Positions 50,755 through 64,000 of a stretch of DNA of 64,000 nucleotides are shown here, piece after piece. Position numbers and translations under genes: made by a program. Origin of the DNA: Lama glama (Eukaryota). Below the pieces are notes generated by a model that saw nothing but the letters and a program-made list of their open reading frames with translations, was not told the DNA's origin and ran no database searches. The DNA lies in assembly GCA_028534125.1 (NCBI GenBank), contig CM052816.1:31436001-31500000 (forward strand), in the 5' to 3' direction. The stretch's first letter is position 1, and each line of letters starts with the position of its first letter.

Positions 50755-51400
50755 ATTGCGTGATTAGGACCAGCTGAATAATCTCCCTTTTGATATTTAA
50801 CGTAACATAATCATGGAAATGATGTCTCATCACATTCACAGGTTCCATACACACTCAGAAGGGGGATGATTTGATTATACAAGATTGAAGGACACTGGGG
50901 TAGAATTCGGACTGCTTCAGTCCACACTCTCGCCCCCAATGATCCACATCTGTTCTACATGCAAAATACACGCACCTCCTCCAAAGGTTCCCAAGGGCCT
51001 TCTCACTTTACGGCATCAGTTCAAAGTCCAAAATCTCATCTAAACATCATCAGCTCAAAAGTCCAAAATATCATCATCTAAATCAGGTGCTCATGAGACT
51101 CCTGGGTGTCATTAATTTGGGGCACAATTCCTCTCTATTTGTGGGCCTGTGAAACTACAGAGACAAGTTATCTGCCCCCACACTCCCAACAGGCAATGGT
51201 GAGACAGGCATGAGATAACAGTTACAGACATTTTAGTTCAAAAAGGGAGTCACTGGAAGGCACAAAGGAGTTATCAGTTCGAAGCAGTTTTTGACATCCA
51301 GTTGGGTCAACTTATTAGGTGTCAAGGCTTGAGAACAATTCTCCCATCTCACTCTTGGATCTTGGTTTTCCCCTCTGGGCTCTTGGTTCTGCCCTCTGAG
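50755..51400 (-). mobile_element. MLT1 LTR end and MaLR internal fragment
   Basis: ataatcatggaaatgatgtctcatcacattcacagg...gggcctgtgaaactacagagacaagttatctgcccc. Confidence 0.6.
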
Positions 51401-54294
51401 TGAGGGTCAGTGGGGGTCATTCTTAGATTAATGCTACTGCAGCAATGATTTGACTTTTTTGTGTATACTCCATATCAGATATCTTGAGGAATTCATGGCA
51501 GATAAGTAGGAATACATGCTATATTAATAAGCATAACCCAAATGTTTATAGAGCTGATAAAATGGCACCCCCAGTTTTCAAGCACAGTGATATTAATCGC
51601 CCTATGTCAGATCATGAGTCATTCCACAAGCAATGAGTTCATACTCAAAAGATGATGACTTCTGGGAGTGAGGAGCATCCACTGGGAATGGTCATCTGGT
51701 AGATGATTATCTCAGTAATGAGATATGAGGAAATCAAAGAAGTGAGAAACAAAGTTTACAATAAATGCTTTAAACGAAGATCACTAGCCCATTTCTTTGA
51801 GCCACGGCTTCTCTAATATAGTCAAATGTCATCAATAAGAAAAAGCCAACCAAATCTCATGTATTTGGATAGTCAAGTTCTTAATGTAAGAGATTCCCCA
51901 AGACCTGATCTAGGCCCGGTATCCAGCATGTAGGCAACCCTTTGGGGGAATTTTGGCAGTGGTATTTAAGTCATATAACCTTTGAGACCTCTTCCATGCA
52001 GGGCTGTCCTGAGTGTGACCCTTGGACAAAGTCATGAGAAGGCTGATACGGGCAAAAGAGAGAGAAGATCTTCAGTCTAATGATCTGGAGCAGACAGGGG
52101 CAAGGTGAGGACCACCTGGTAGGTGAAATCTAGAATGTAATTATGAGTCCAATTCTGGTTCAGAAGAAATCTTTGAGATTTCTTAATCGAGGGAATAGAG
52201 ACGTTAACATTGTTAGAACAGCAGGTCAGAGGTAGTGTTGGCAACAGAGTAGAAAATGGACCAGTGGACACAAGTGAGGAGAGGATGGGGAAGAAGTTAC
52301 AGTGATAATGACATTTCATTCTTCCCATATTAAAGCAATGGTCCAGGCCCACTGTGAGCACAGAATGTTCTCTGAGGCAACTTTTCAAGTTGCAATCATA
52401 GACTTGTGCTAAAATAGTCCTCATTTTTTGTCTAGTCTCTCTGTGAACACGGGCAAGTATTACAGTGGATTATTGTTGTAATTACTACAGTGATAGAGTT
52501 ATGTGAAACGTCTGTTTGTAGTGGGACAATCACACACACTTAGCCAGCACAGATAGAACCAGAACTCTGGGTTCTGGCCTTTGTAGATAACCTAATGGAC
52601 ACCATCTTTTTTTAGTGCCTCCTGTGTGTAAAACACTGTGTTATGTGTTTTACAGATGTTATCTCATTTAGTTCTCAAAGCAATCCATAGGCAGTAGGAG
52701 CTTTGGCCCTGTTTTATAGTTGTGGAAATCGGGGCTCTGAGAGAGCTTGCCTTTTGCCCAAGGACACACAATTAGTATGCAGTGGTTGCCTCTGTAGCAC
52801 TCAGCATACTTTCCTCATAGCTGGCCCATTAAACTGAAATGACCTGTTAGTGTGTCCCTTGCCCACACCAGAAGATGAGGTCACAAGGAGGGGGATTCTG
52901 TCTTATTTTGAACCTAGTGTGGGCAATACATTGAACTGAGTCGTCTGCCTCTAAAGCTGCGCTTTTATCATCAGCCATGATGTGCCAACCTCCTCAGCTT
53001 AGTAGCCATAAAACATGATGAAAATGTGGCAGGGACACCATGAGGGCCTGGGGGCAAGGAGAGTGCAGAGTTTTAGCATTAGAAGACCTTCTAGAAGTGA
53101 CCTCTGTCCTTCTCTTTAGAAGCATTCATTCTCAAAATGCTTCATTCATGCAAATTCTTGTTGATGATAAGAAACTGGGCTCTACAAACAACACATAGAA
53201 AACTGTGGTAGGAATTCTTTCTTCTTCTAACTGCCTCTCCCCCTCCCTAACCTCCCAGAGCGCACAGAATAACAACAGAAATTGGACACATAGTGTTTGG
53301 CATGTTTTCTATGTTCTTGCCACTGCTGCTCCGCACTGGGTAACAGAAAAGGACAGGGCACAGGACCACGGAACTCACAGGTTAGCGACCTTTAACTAAG
53401 GCATGACCATGGTGAGGGCCAAGGGCCTGTGGAAGCACATGCCAGGGGGACACAGCTTAGCCTGGAGGGTTGGAGAAGGTAAGAAGGGGACATTCACATG
53501 GAGGCCTGAAGGCAGCGTGGTTAAGTAGGGATTAGCTGGGAAAGGACTGTGTGTGACGCCTGAAGCCAAGTGAGGAGATAGAGGCAGCCCTGCAAGACCA
53601 AGATGGCATCGGAGAAGAGCAGAGTGGTAAGAACCAAGGATGTAGGTGGAGGAGGCCTTGTAAACCACGTTAACATCTGTAGACGTCGTCCTAAGAGCAT
53701 GAGAAGCCACTGAATTTAGAGGAGTAGCATGACATGGGTGCCTTTGTCTCTGGGTAGCTGCATGGGGAAGACCAGTTAGGAAGAATGCCTCTGTCTGGGT
53801 GGGTTAAAGGGACCGTCTTTAAACAATTTTGCCTCCTGGCAGCACCACTGCTACATTTGCCACCAAGTGACTTCCCTGCCAGGTGAAACCGACTTTTCAT
53901 CCATCATGAGTCTGGATGCCCATGAGAGCAGGGTGCAGTGGACTGCTGGTTCTGGCCTCTGCCTGCCTCTGTGGCTTGTGGTGTCCAGATGCCACTTATG
54001 TTGGCTTTCTTTTCCTTTCATGAGTGCATTGACTTGTTTTTTCTCCTCACCACAGGCCCTCAGTAAGTAGTGTTTCCTCCCCTCTGGACCACTCTCTCCG
54101 TGCTCTACTCATTTCCGCTAGTTAACTGCGCCTCCTCCAGCTTTCTCATCAAACGTCATTTCCTCGGAGCAGCCCACCCCAACCCCTAAGAACAGATCAG
54201 GCCCCCGGCCATACCCTCTCCCAAACATCCTGTGTTTCTCCTTCCTATACTTCCCTCGATTTGTACATGTCATGTTTATTTGTTATTATTTATC

Positions 54295-55650
54295 AGAAAT
54301 CTTTTGATAGTAAATGAATGAAACCCTCCTCATATTGGCTTAAGCTAAAAACAAAAGAGGGAGGAGAGATGTATCGACTCACACAACTGAGAGGCTGGGA
54401 CAGGGTTATCACGTTGTCTAACTCCAGGGAGCACCGCTCAACACTTCTGAAGGTGAGTGACACACTGGTACTGGCTAGGGGATGTCTGCCTTCTGAAACA
54501 GCAGGATCCACGGCCTCGAATAATGCCATCGAGCTAGCTTTGGTGTCTGTGACCCTCCATGTCCCCTTCACGTACGTAGATTTCCGTCTCTGGTAGGCTT
54601 CCTTCACGTGGCAGCACCCAGCGGCTTCAGGCTCCTGTTCTCCCAGCTTCAAATCCAGTGGGAAGACATCCTCTTCATGACCAGATCCACAGAAAGTCCC
54701 CAAATTGATTTACAAAACAAAAGTGGGGTATAGAAAGAAGTTATTTCTCTGACAGGTGAAAGAAATCCAGAATGAAGTAGTCTCTGTCTTGTACATTCCT
54801 CCTTAGTTTGAGACCCAGAGTCCTACCTCCTCCCTAGTTCATGATTTCTGCTTTGTGGCCCAAAATGCCTGCTCTAACTCTAGCCATTAGTCTGTTCTCT
54901 AGCCCAATATGAGAGGAAGAAGGATGCAATCTCCCCTGAAGGCATTTCCCTGAAATTGAACACAAGACTCTGCTTACATACCATTGGCTAAAATGTAATC
55001 ACATGGCCACATCTAACTGTAAGGGAGTCTGTGCCTAGCTAAAAGTGGGAGCTGTTACTAAGGAAGGGAAAATGTGATTGGATATTGGGTGACAACCAAC
55101 ATCTCCACCATGCAGGCCTGCTCCATGAGCTGGTAGAAAACTAGTGGACTGGAGAGAGGGGTGTCTTCCAAAAGAAAATGAATGCTGTTATCCAGAGGAG
55201 GGGGCATGGCCACTGAACCTTGAGATTTAAGCTCCATGCATCAGTTAGGTTTCAAGTTGGCAAGCAGTGGAAAACTCAAGTTTACTTAAAACTTAAAGGA
55301 GATTTATTGAATTATATAACAGAAAAGTCTAGAGGTAGAGTGAACTTTAGGAGCATTTGAGTTAGGCCCTGTGATCTGTTGCCAGGTTTAGCTTTCTATG
55401 GAAGCTCCAACCCCTTCTGGCTTCCTTCATCCTGGCAGTTGGTGGCAGCATTTCCAGACTCGACATCTGCACACCACGTCACACCAGAAGGACTGGGTCA
55501 TGAAGCTACCCTTACTGGCCTAGACCACTGGACCTTCACCATTCCCCTGCCTCCAGGAGGTGGGGGTGGTGTCTGCCCCACTGAAATTGCAAGGCTAATA
55601 GGAAATGAGAGAAGGAGCAGTCTCCACAGGGAAGTCTGGGTCTGTTAGGG
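54295..55650. mobile_element. Cluster of old MLT1-type LTR fragments
   Basis: Repeated MaLR motifs (ccattggctaaaatgtaatcacatggccacatctaactgtaaggga; ttggcaagcagtggaaaactcaag). Confidence 0.5.
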
Positions 55651-56479
55651 GGTGGGGGAGGGAAGAACAAGCACCGGGTGGGCAACCAGGGCATGCCCAT
55701 CACCCTCCAAGTGAGCGGAGGCTAAATCTCTAATGCCTAGCACTGTGCTTGGTGTACAAGTAGATGCTCGATACGGATTTGGTGAATGGGTAACAAAGCA
55801 CAGAACAGGTCAAGCACCTTTACCAGGACCTCTGCCATCTGGCCCCTTGGGCTCACTAATGCCACCCCTAAGCCCTTTTTACCTTAGGGGTAAAATAACC
55901 TGGGCACAAGAATGTTGCAGATTTACACTGATCACCAACCACAGCCTGACATCTAGGCTCCACATTAGCATGGACAGCCCATGGAGGCCTAACACAAGGG
56001 ACAAGCTTCACAGAGGGGAATTTTCTGCATGAGGTGTTTACTCAAAGCCAGAAACAGCATAATAAGATGGGTAAGTGCAAACCATAGTCAATATGTGCCA
56101 TCCACAGGTGTTCCGGTGGGACATGGTCACGTGTCAGATCTGAAAGGCCAGTCAGTCTACAGATAGGCAGTGAATCCGGAAGCAGGAGTCCAGGAGCCAG
56201 TAGTAGGGAGAAGGCAGGAGGGAAGCAATTGCTGGATACAGCTCGGGATACAAACCATGAGCAGGACCCAGATGGAGGCCTGGTCTCACCAGTCTTTCCC
56301 CAGCAGTGGAGGGACAGACCTGCTCGCTAAAGGCTGTCGGGCAGGTCCCAGAGAGGCAGAGCCTTCAAAGAGCCAACCATAAGCAGAATCTCAGCCCCAG
56401 GACCCGGAGGGGAGCCCGAAGAGTAGCAACTTGGAAAGCAAACAGCCATTACTGAGGAAGTACGTTGGGCAAGCACGTA

Positions 56480-56705
56480 GAACCATGGTTAAGAACTTGA
56501 GTTCTGCAGTCAGATTGTCTGGATACCAATTCCACTTGCCACCGATTGACCATGTGATTTTGCTCAAGTTGCTTAACCTCCCAATCCCTCTGTTTCTCCA
56601 TCTGTGTAATAGTACTTATAGTGTTTGTTATGAAAATTCAACAAAGCACACCTAAAGCTTTTCTGCACAGCCCCTTGTGCACAGAAGCACTAAATAAATG
56701 CTCAC
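56480..56705. mobile_element. MIR
   Basis: catggttaagaacttg...caagttgcttaacctc...tgtttctccatctgt...gcactaaataaatg. Confidence 0.7.
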
Positions 56706-57854
56706 TGTGTTGTAAGTAGCAGCAAATTACAGTATTAATTAGCAACAAAGGAAACTGATGAACAAATTGGAAAGCCAGGGTCTGCATTAGAGCCTTCAGT
56801 GCTAGCTGTCAGTGGCCACGCCCCTTTTCTCCTTCAGGGCTTTGCGTAAGATGCTCCAGATGCCTGGGATTACTTTTCCCTCTTCTGTATCTTCCATCTC
56901 CTTCAGGTCTCAGCTCATACATGCTTTCCTTGAGATCAAGGGCTCCTGCTGTTCTAATCAGTAGATTAAGAACGTTTGGATTTTCCTGCCGCCTGTCTGG
57001 TTTGGTCTGGGAACTAGGGCAGAGGCTGAGTCTTTCTATCCAAGGTCCAGCGTGCTAGCTGAAATAGGCATAAACTTAGAGTCAGAGATAAATTACATGA
57101 TTGTAACTAAGGGACCCGGCTGGTGATTGTATGGAAAAACGCACTGTGGATGTTACTGTGTATTCTGGGGTCAGATGAGGCAGAACTGTAACAAGAAGTG
57201 CTCTTGTGAGCAGGGAAAATACGGGATTCTAGGACAGAAACCTATTGGATTAGAGTTTGCATGCTTGTTTGTTTCTGTTGTTATTTTTTGAGAGGGAGGT
57301 GGTACGTGGACAAATTGCTATTTTTTACTCACTGATCTGGAAGGCAGACCTTGAAATCTAGGTGAAAGACTTGTACTGGGGGTAGTTCCTTGGCTGTGGA
57401 GCCAGTGACTTAACCAGACAGTTTTCAGCATCGTGTCCAGTTTGTGCTCGATAAAAGCAGAAGATGATTTTTACTTGGCACCCTTTATGCTGGTAGAAAC
57501 TAAACCTGGCCCTGAAGAACTAACTAGAACATGCCAGATTCAGCTAATGCGGTAGCTTGACAGAACAACTGGTGTTTCCTGTTTTTCCTGTTCTCCAGAA
57601 TTTTCAGTTCTGTAGTTTTAAGGACTATAATAGTATAGGAACAAAGTATAAGTAACACTTGAAAACCTGAGGCTTAATTCCCTAAGCACTGAAAGGTTTT
57701 GTATTTTAACTGTTTTGGAAAGAAATCCTTTAAAATATATATATAAAATAATCCCAGGTGGGGGAGAAAAGAAGCCAAATTTGTCCTTGCCCCATTTGCT
57801 TCAGTTTGGATTCTACCTGAGGAAAGTTGTATGGCTATAGCATCAAGCTCAAAT

Positions 57855-58290
57855 TATTTTATGTGGCTTCCTAGGATGTTCCATGACTTGACACCTCCAA
57901 AACTCTCTGCCTCCATCTCTCACCACTCCCCTGCTGCAGATTCCCAGCTGTACGGAACTTCTTCCAGCTCTTCAGCAGTCAGGCTCTCTATTGCCTCATA
58001 GTCTTCCACTCTGCCTGGAACTTACTTCATAGCACTTCTTTATCTCTGAAAACTCCGACTTGCCCTACAGACTTCTGCTTAATCATCACTGCCTCTGGAA
58101 AGCCCCCTTCCACTGCACCCTCCCACCCCCAGCCCAGATGAGGTGCTTCACGTGCTCCAGGAGGACAGTATAACGTGACCTTGCTCACACACTGTGTTCC
58201 CAGGCTCATCAAGGGGCATAGCACAGAGTCAACAAAAAACGGGTTGAAAGAATGAGCAACTGAATGAATCAGCGAATGAATGGATGGACA
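57855..58290. mobile_element. L2 3' end
   Basis: ccactctgcctggaac...atcactgcctctggaaagcc...gaatgaatcagcgaatgaatgga tail. Confidence 0.65.
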
Positions 58291-61200
58291 TTCCACAAAT
58301 GACCAATCAGAGGGCTATTCTGAATAGGGACCTGGAAGGTAAGGAATGCTTTTGGTATTCTTGGATTGGGTGCCTTAGACTGAGGAATTGAAACCTGTCC
58401 AAAGGCATGGGAAAAAACTCCAGTAAAATAATAACATAAATAAAATAAAATAAAATAGTAAACTGATTTAGCCAAAATAAATCATGGTAAACCAATTGAT
58501 TGTACTGAGCCTAAATAGGATGAGGGGCACAGCAGAACTCAGCTTCAAGAACACATCTGCCAGCCTGCTCCTAAGGAGTGCATCCATAATTTTCAAGGGG
58601 AAAACCTTACGTCTGTAACACACATCTCCTACCAAGGAAAGTCTTCAGACAGCTTCTCAAGGGTGCTCCCCAAGAGTACTGAGCTTACAAACTAACACTA
58701 AAGGGGTGTCCCCTTCTGACTAGGAATCATAACTCAAGATTGGATTGTAAGTATGGAGGGTTACTCTGGCCTTATGGGGCAGGAAGAGAGGCTGAGACTT
58801 AGCATGAGAACACCTATTAGCATGGGACAGGCTTTGAAAAACCAATTTAGCTGTCGAGAATAATGCCAGTAGAAGAACCAGACAGAAGCCACCATTACCA
58901 AGAAATACAGCAGCTCCAGTCACAACTGAGGCGACAATTGGCAAGGGGGGTTCCAATTAGAAGAACTGAAAGTTTGAAGTGTGTTTGTGAGTGGTTTCAG
59001 CAAGGGAGAGTCAAAGTGACAGGGTCCTCACCATCATGGTTGAGTTCAGGGCCAGGGTAGGCACAAAACCTGGTGGGACTGCCAGCTGGTGTCGGGAAAA
59101 AGAAGCTAGAAACAAGTAGGATTGGGGTCGGGGAAAGTGATCCTGCTGCGGCACTGGCCTCTTCAGAGAGGGCTGGCAGTAGAACAGGCTGGGCTGGTAT
59201 AGGAAGGACCTAAAGATGGAGTCGGGGGGCACAGAATCAGGGGACATAGTCACTAGATGCTCAAGGAGGAGGATAGGAAATGAGGTGGAGCTGAGTCTCG
59301 GGCAGAATCACCTTACAGAATTCTACACTCTAACGTAGCAGATTCCCCTGGGAAGACTGATGGCATGAGGGTTCCAGGGCTATGAGCACGTGGAAGGTGC
59401 TGAAGCAGCTCTGGAATTTGGGTTAGTCATCTTGGCAGAGATAGAATCATCAATAATGATTCATACCAGCTGATGGGGGGAAGAGGGCCTTCAAGCTGAG
59501 CATCCAAGGAGGTGGCTGGGAGCACCTGTGTGGGGATGTAAAGGTGATATGAGAGAAGGCAGCTTTGAAGCAAGAGTCTGGATCTGATGCAGGGTGAGGA
59601 AACACCAAAGGAGTGAGGGTTGTGAAAGCAAAATTCACTTCTTAGACTCTGCGAGAAGTCAGACACCAGCAGATTAGTTGGGTGTTTTGGGCCTGGCCCA
59701 CGGGGGAGTTTGGAGTGGTGTCTGAGGCATCATTCCCAGGGCTGGGAGGGAGGGTGGGAGTGCCTTAGACCCAGGTTGGGGTGGCAACAGGGGACCTAAA
59801 TGGACTACTGGGTTAGAGGGTATCTGATTCCTTCTTGTCCAGTAAAGTATGGCTCCTAAAACTTGGGTGGGGTCTCCTATGCTTATAACTGACAAGAACC
59901 TGGCCTGTCTGATACCAGTCTGGGTGGAGACAGAGAACTCAACATCAGGGTTCTTCACCTTGAGTGTGGCTCATCAGGCTGTAAACCAGGTTGGTAGTTT
60001 TTCCCATAAGTAATTCTTGAATCATTGGTGGCGTAATCCATCAACCATAAAGCCATATCCTTGGGCCTGGGCTAAAGAATCCTATTGCAATTTGGGGTTT
60101 CCTGCTCAACGTACCTACTGAGCAGATACTAATGTATTTAGAGGAAACATGGCTGGACCTCACACCTGTGATATCACCTTCTCTTTAGAAAGCTGGAGGA
60201 CAAGGACTTATAAGACCACAGTTCTCAAACTTTGTGGGCATAAGAATTATTTCTAGGATTTGCTAAAAAGGTCTGTGAACCATATTCTAAGAAACAATGT
60301 AGAGGCTCATTCTGCTACATCAAGTGGAAGTGGATTTTTCATCTTAAGGGGATTGGATGAAATCTGGCCTAATTCAGTTCATTCATGATGGCTTAGATGT
60401 GGTTGTAAAGAGTTTGGGGGAGATGTGGTCATTAGCCTGTGTAATAATTGATAAAAATGAGATAATATGGATAGAGGTTAATGCTGGATAATTTCCAGAC
60501 TCATCAGACCAACTGGGACTGAGTCCAAGGAATTACTGGTGAGGTTGCAGCTTTTCCTGGTTGATTGGATGGGCATTCACATAGGCATGGGCAGCCAGTC
60601 AGCGGCATGGACAGAGGTTAGGGCAGGAAGGAGGACTTGGACTGAAGCTGCAGCCAAAGTCATCATCACACAGGGGTCATTTCCAGCTGGCTCTTGATGT
60701 GCTGACAGGAGGATGCTGCTGACGGTGGCCTCGTATCCTGGGTAACTCTGGCTTCCTTCATCTGTCCCACACCTGGGAGACTCTTTTAAGCTCTAAATAA
60801 ATCCTTCAGATTCCCTGCTGTGAGGTACCAATTACATCCTCATCTCTCGAAGGAGCTTGGGCTTCTATGCCAGAATTCCTGAACAATATTTGGGTGGGAT
60901 GCTTTGGGATGTGAGGGGGAGGCTACCAGTGGGTGGAAGCTGATTCTTAATCTTCAGAGTCTTTCCCACCCATTGCTCCTGGAAAGCAAGAGTCAGGGCC
61001 CTGACAATTTCAGGAAACCAGATAACAAAGGAAGGAAACCAATTCTTTTACGACAACACAAGATCTCTAGCTTGTGATAATGTGATAGCACCATACCAAA
61101 GAGGGAGACTGTGCTAAGAGAAAACTCAGAATTTGGTGATCGAATTGAGGTCTCCTCATCTTATATTGTTTAGGGAAGTAAAGAGAGGCTAGACCAAAAT

Positions 61201-64000
61201 ACACAAGGAGATGCTGGAAACCTCTCGGCTAAAAGAATTCTGCCCTGAATACTTCTTCAATTTTAAGATTCACTTAGGTCACAGGTTTCCTTTTCAAAAT
61301 GCTAGTGCCCCAAGGATGTATTCTTGCTTAAGGTAGATGACTTTCACTAGACTGCACTCCTTCTAAAACCTCTAGAAGAACACCTGCACTGAGAGAAAAT
61401 AAATTTGGGTTGAGCTGCAGAAATAGGAAATGGTGAATTATGATGCACTTTGAGAGAGAGGAGTGGAGATTTTGTACATTGAGGTGGCCTAGGTTTCCAC
61501 CCTGTAGCTGGGAGATAAGCAGGGAAGAAAGAAAGGAGGGGCCATCTCTTGTGCTCTTTGAGCTCCCTGCTTTCTCCGCAGGGCTTCTGCTCTCTCCCAC
61601 TGTCTTTTGGCCTGGCCGCCTCCCACTAACGCTTTATGATCCAGTTGAACCATCACCTCCTTTCCAGACTCGCCCAAGGAGAGTTACTGGTTCTGTCCCT
61701 TGGGTTTTCACAGTTGTTTACATACTTATTTCACTCTGATCTGTTTATTGCTACATTTCTCCCACAGACCAGGAATTCCTCAAAAGTAGGGATCAAATTC
61801 ATTTAGCATCCAACCTAGTAGTACACAATAGGATTCAATAACCATTGATGTGATGAATGAATTTATGACAATTAAAATACTCTGACAAAACAAATTGTCA
61901 ATGTCAATAAAATAGACTCCTTTTAAAAGAAAGGCATTTCTAAATAGCTTGGGAAGCATACAGATTTCTATGGTATTTTTGTATAACTTTTATATCCATT
62001 AGAGTAGGTTCCTTTCACACTTTTTAAAATTAAAGTGGTGTTGAGAGGGTTTTTTCATTCATCATATCGTTTCCCCAAATTAGACCAAGTTAAGAATATT
62101 GACCAAAGGCTTGCAAGCAGACTCTTTCATTGAGGTTTCTGGTTTTAACAGAGACCAGCAAAAATAAAACATTTGAAAACCCCCCAGAAGGAAAACTGTA
62201 GAAGGAATACTTTACTAATTAGAGGAGATTACATGGAACCAGAAATTCACAAGGTGGCCAGGCAAATTTGGAAAATTTTGGTGTACTATTTTACGCATAT
62301 CAAGCTAGCAAGAATTTTAAAAATACAGTGTCCAGTGGGGACAAGTTTTGGCGAATTCAGCACACTCTCTTTTTTGCTGGTAATATAGCAGATTGGCCTA
62401 ACTCTCTGGGACAATATTGATGAGAAGCCAGAGAGATGTTCCATAATTCAGCTCCTAGAAATTTATCCCAAAACAATACATGAAAGGAAGAAAACAACTT
62501 AGACAACTTGAAAATGTTCATTGTTCTAGTAATAGGGTGCCCCCTCTCTGCTAGTCCAGTTCCTTCCCATCACCCTTTCAGGAGCAGGGTAGTGACCCCT
62601 CTGGGCTTACAGTGTCCGGCCAGCCTTGCAGGGGAGGTGATCTGTCTCACAGGCACTTGAAATGCCTTGAGTCTCAGGCAAGGCCGATGAGTCAGAGCTA
62701 TGGATGCAGTGACACAAGGCTTCCCCTCAGAGGTAGACTGGGTGTTTGTCTTGGCTCCTAGAGGTGGTTCCTCTTTTCTCTGCCATCCCCTAGGCACTTA
62801 CCAGAATGGGTATTCAGAGGCTCCTTCTGGTCCTTTCCCCCTTTTCTACTTCTCCAGTTCTCATCTGTACTGCTTGCAGACTCCTTGACCCAGAATCCAT
62901 GGTTCTTCTTGTTATATCCCCAAAGCATTCTGAGGCTTTCAGGAAGACAGTAATTGATGATTAAACCAGAATCCAAAGCCTTAGCAACCCAACCAATCCA
63001 AATCAAACCAAGCAAGCCAAACAAAAAACTTTGCCTTCCCAGTCATAGAAGGTACCCTAGGAGGTAGGTGTTTAGAAACACAATGTAAGATCTTTCAGGA
63101 AAAAAGAAAAAGGAATTTTAGTTGAGTCCCTATTTATGAAAACAAAGGTTGGAAGAACAAATACTGCCAAAATCTTTAGAAATGGAGATAACTTCCAATA
63201 GGAAGTTGATAAGGAAATCAGTAGGCTTCAAATATTTCTATGCACATACATGAAATATCATTTACCCTCCTACATATTTCCAGGTGAACATCTAAACTTT
63301 TTTGTCACAAAGTTAAGCAGTTGCAAAGGATGTAACATCCTGCATGCTGTAAAAATTGTCATTTTAAAACAGAATTTGTCACTCTTTTAAATGAATCCAA
63401 TGAAACCTAAAAACCGTAGCAATTATGCCTATTATCAACCATTTAAAGACTATATGAACCAACTCTTCTTTATCTTCAGTTTATTTTACATAATTATTTT
63501 TCTGTTCACACTTATAACTCCATTCCACATCCCCATCCCTCAGGAGTGTATCTTAATTTAATGTATTTTTATATTTGAATATGTTTTATTAATCATCCTA
63601 TTCTTTTTCTCTGCAATGAAAATGTAATATATTTAATTTTTAAATTTCCTGTGACTGAATGACCGTGTGTGCTGGAACATTTTCTTTCAGATTAAGGTAT
63701 TATTATATTTATTAGTAATGGTCAAGTATTCAAAACAATACAAAATATATTACACATTTTTAAATTATTAAACCTATAATTTTTTATAATTAGTGTATGC
63801 ATTTGTTGTTAAATAGTACATCTTAACAAGAATGAGACTGAGTTTAGAATCAATGTTTTCTCAATTTTTCATTTTTATAAATTCAAAGAAAATATTTTTA
63901 CATTAATAAGTATATGGGGCTATAAGAAGTGTTGTCATACAATGTCACTCAATTGTTTGAACTCCTTCCAATTTATTAACTCACTTAGTTATCTCAAGGT

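Noticed and set aside
51420..52424. Unassigned ~1 kb stretch considered as a processed pseudogene
   Set aside because: No recognisable protein similarity, poly(A) tail or TSD
1..64000. CRISPR arrays, operons, rRNA or prokaryotic defence systems
   Set aside because: The window is intron-containing mammalian DNA; no regularly spaced repeats or such genes seen

Overview
Mammalian genomic DNA containing the TMED7-TICAM2 locus on the + strand. It is probably from a camelid, inferred from two tRNA-derived SINEs resembling the camelid Vic-1 type. The window holds TMED7 coding exons 2 and 3 (3948-4193, 7585-7821; exon 1 is upstream of the window) and a long 3'UTR, a repeat-rich spacer, the TICAM2 (TRAM) CpG-island promoter and non-coding exon 1 (~21.0-21.4 kb), and TICAM2 exon 2 with the whole 230-aa CDS (33231-33923). 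The last ~28 kb shows no recognisable gene and is rich in L1, L2, MIR, MLT, LTR and MER elements. I found no wholly new biological system. The most interesting signals are: (i) an intact splice architecture for a TMED7-TICAM2 read-through (TAG-type GOLD-TIR fusion), where one internal TMED7 donor gives either an in-frame fusion or a stop codon formed at the junction; (ii) a premature stop removing 6 C-terminal TICAM2 residues, with the old tail still readable; (iii) a probable GC-AG first intron and three uAUGs in TICAM2; (iv) several retrotransposition or repair fossils, including a SINE-L1 chimera bounded by one TSD, a twin-primed L1, a clean solo LTR and a local templated duplication. Repeat family names and comparisons to human come from recall, not searches, and repeat boundaries are approximate.
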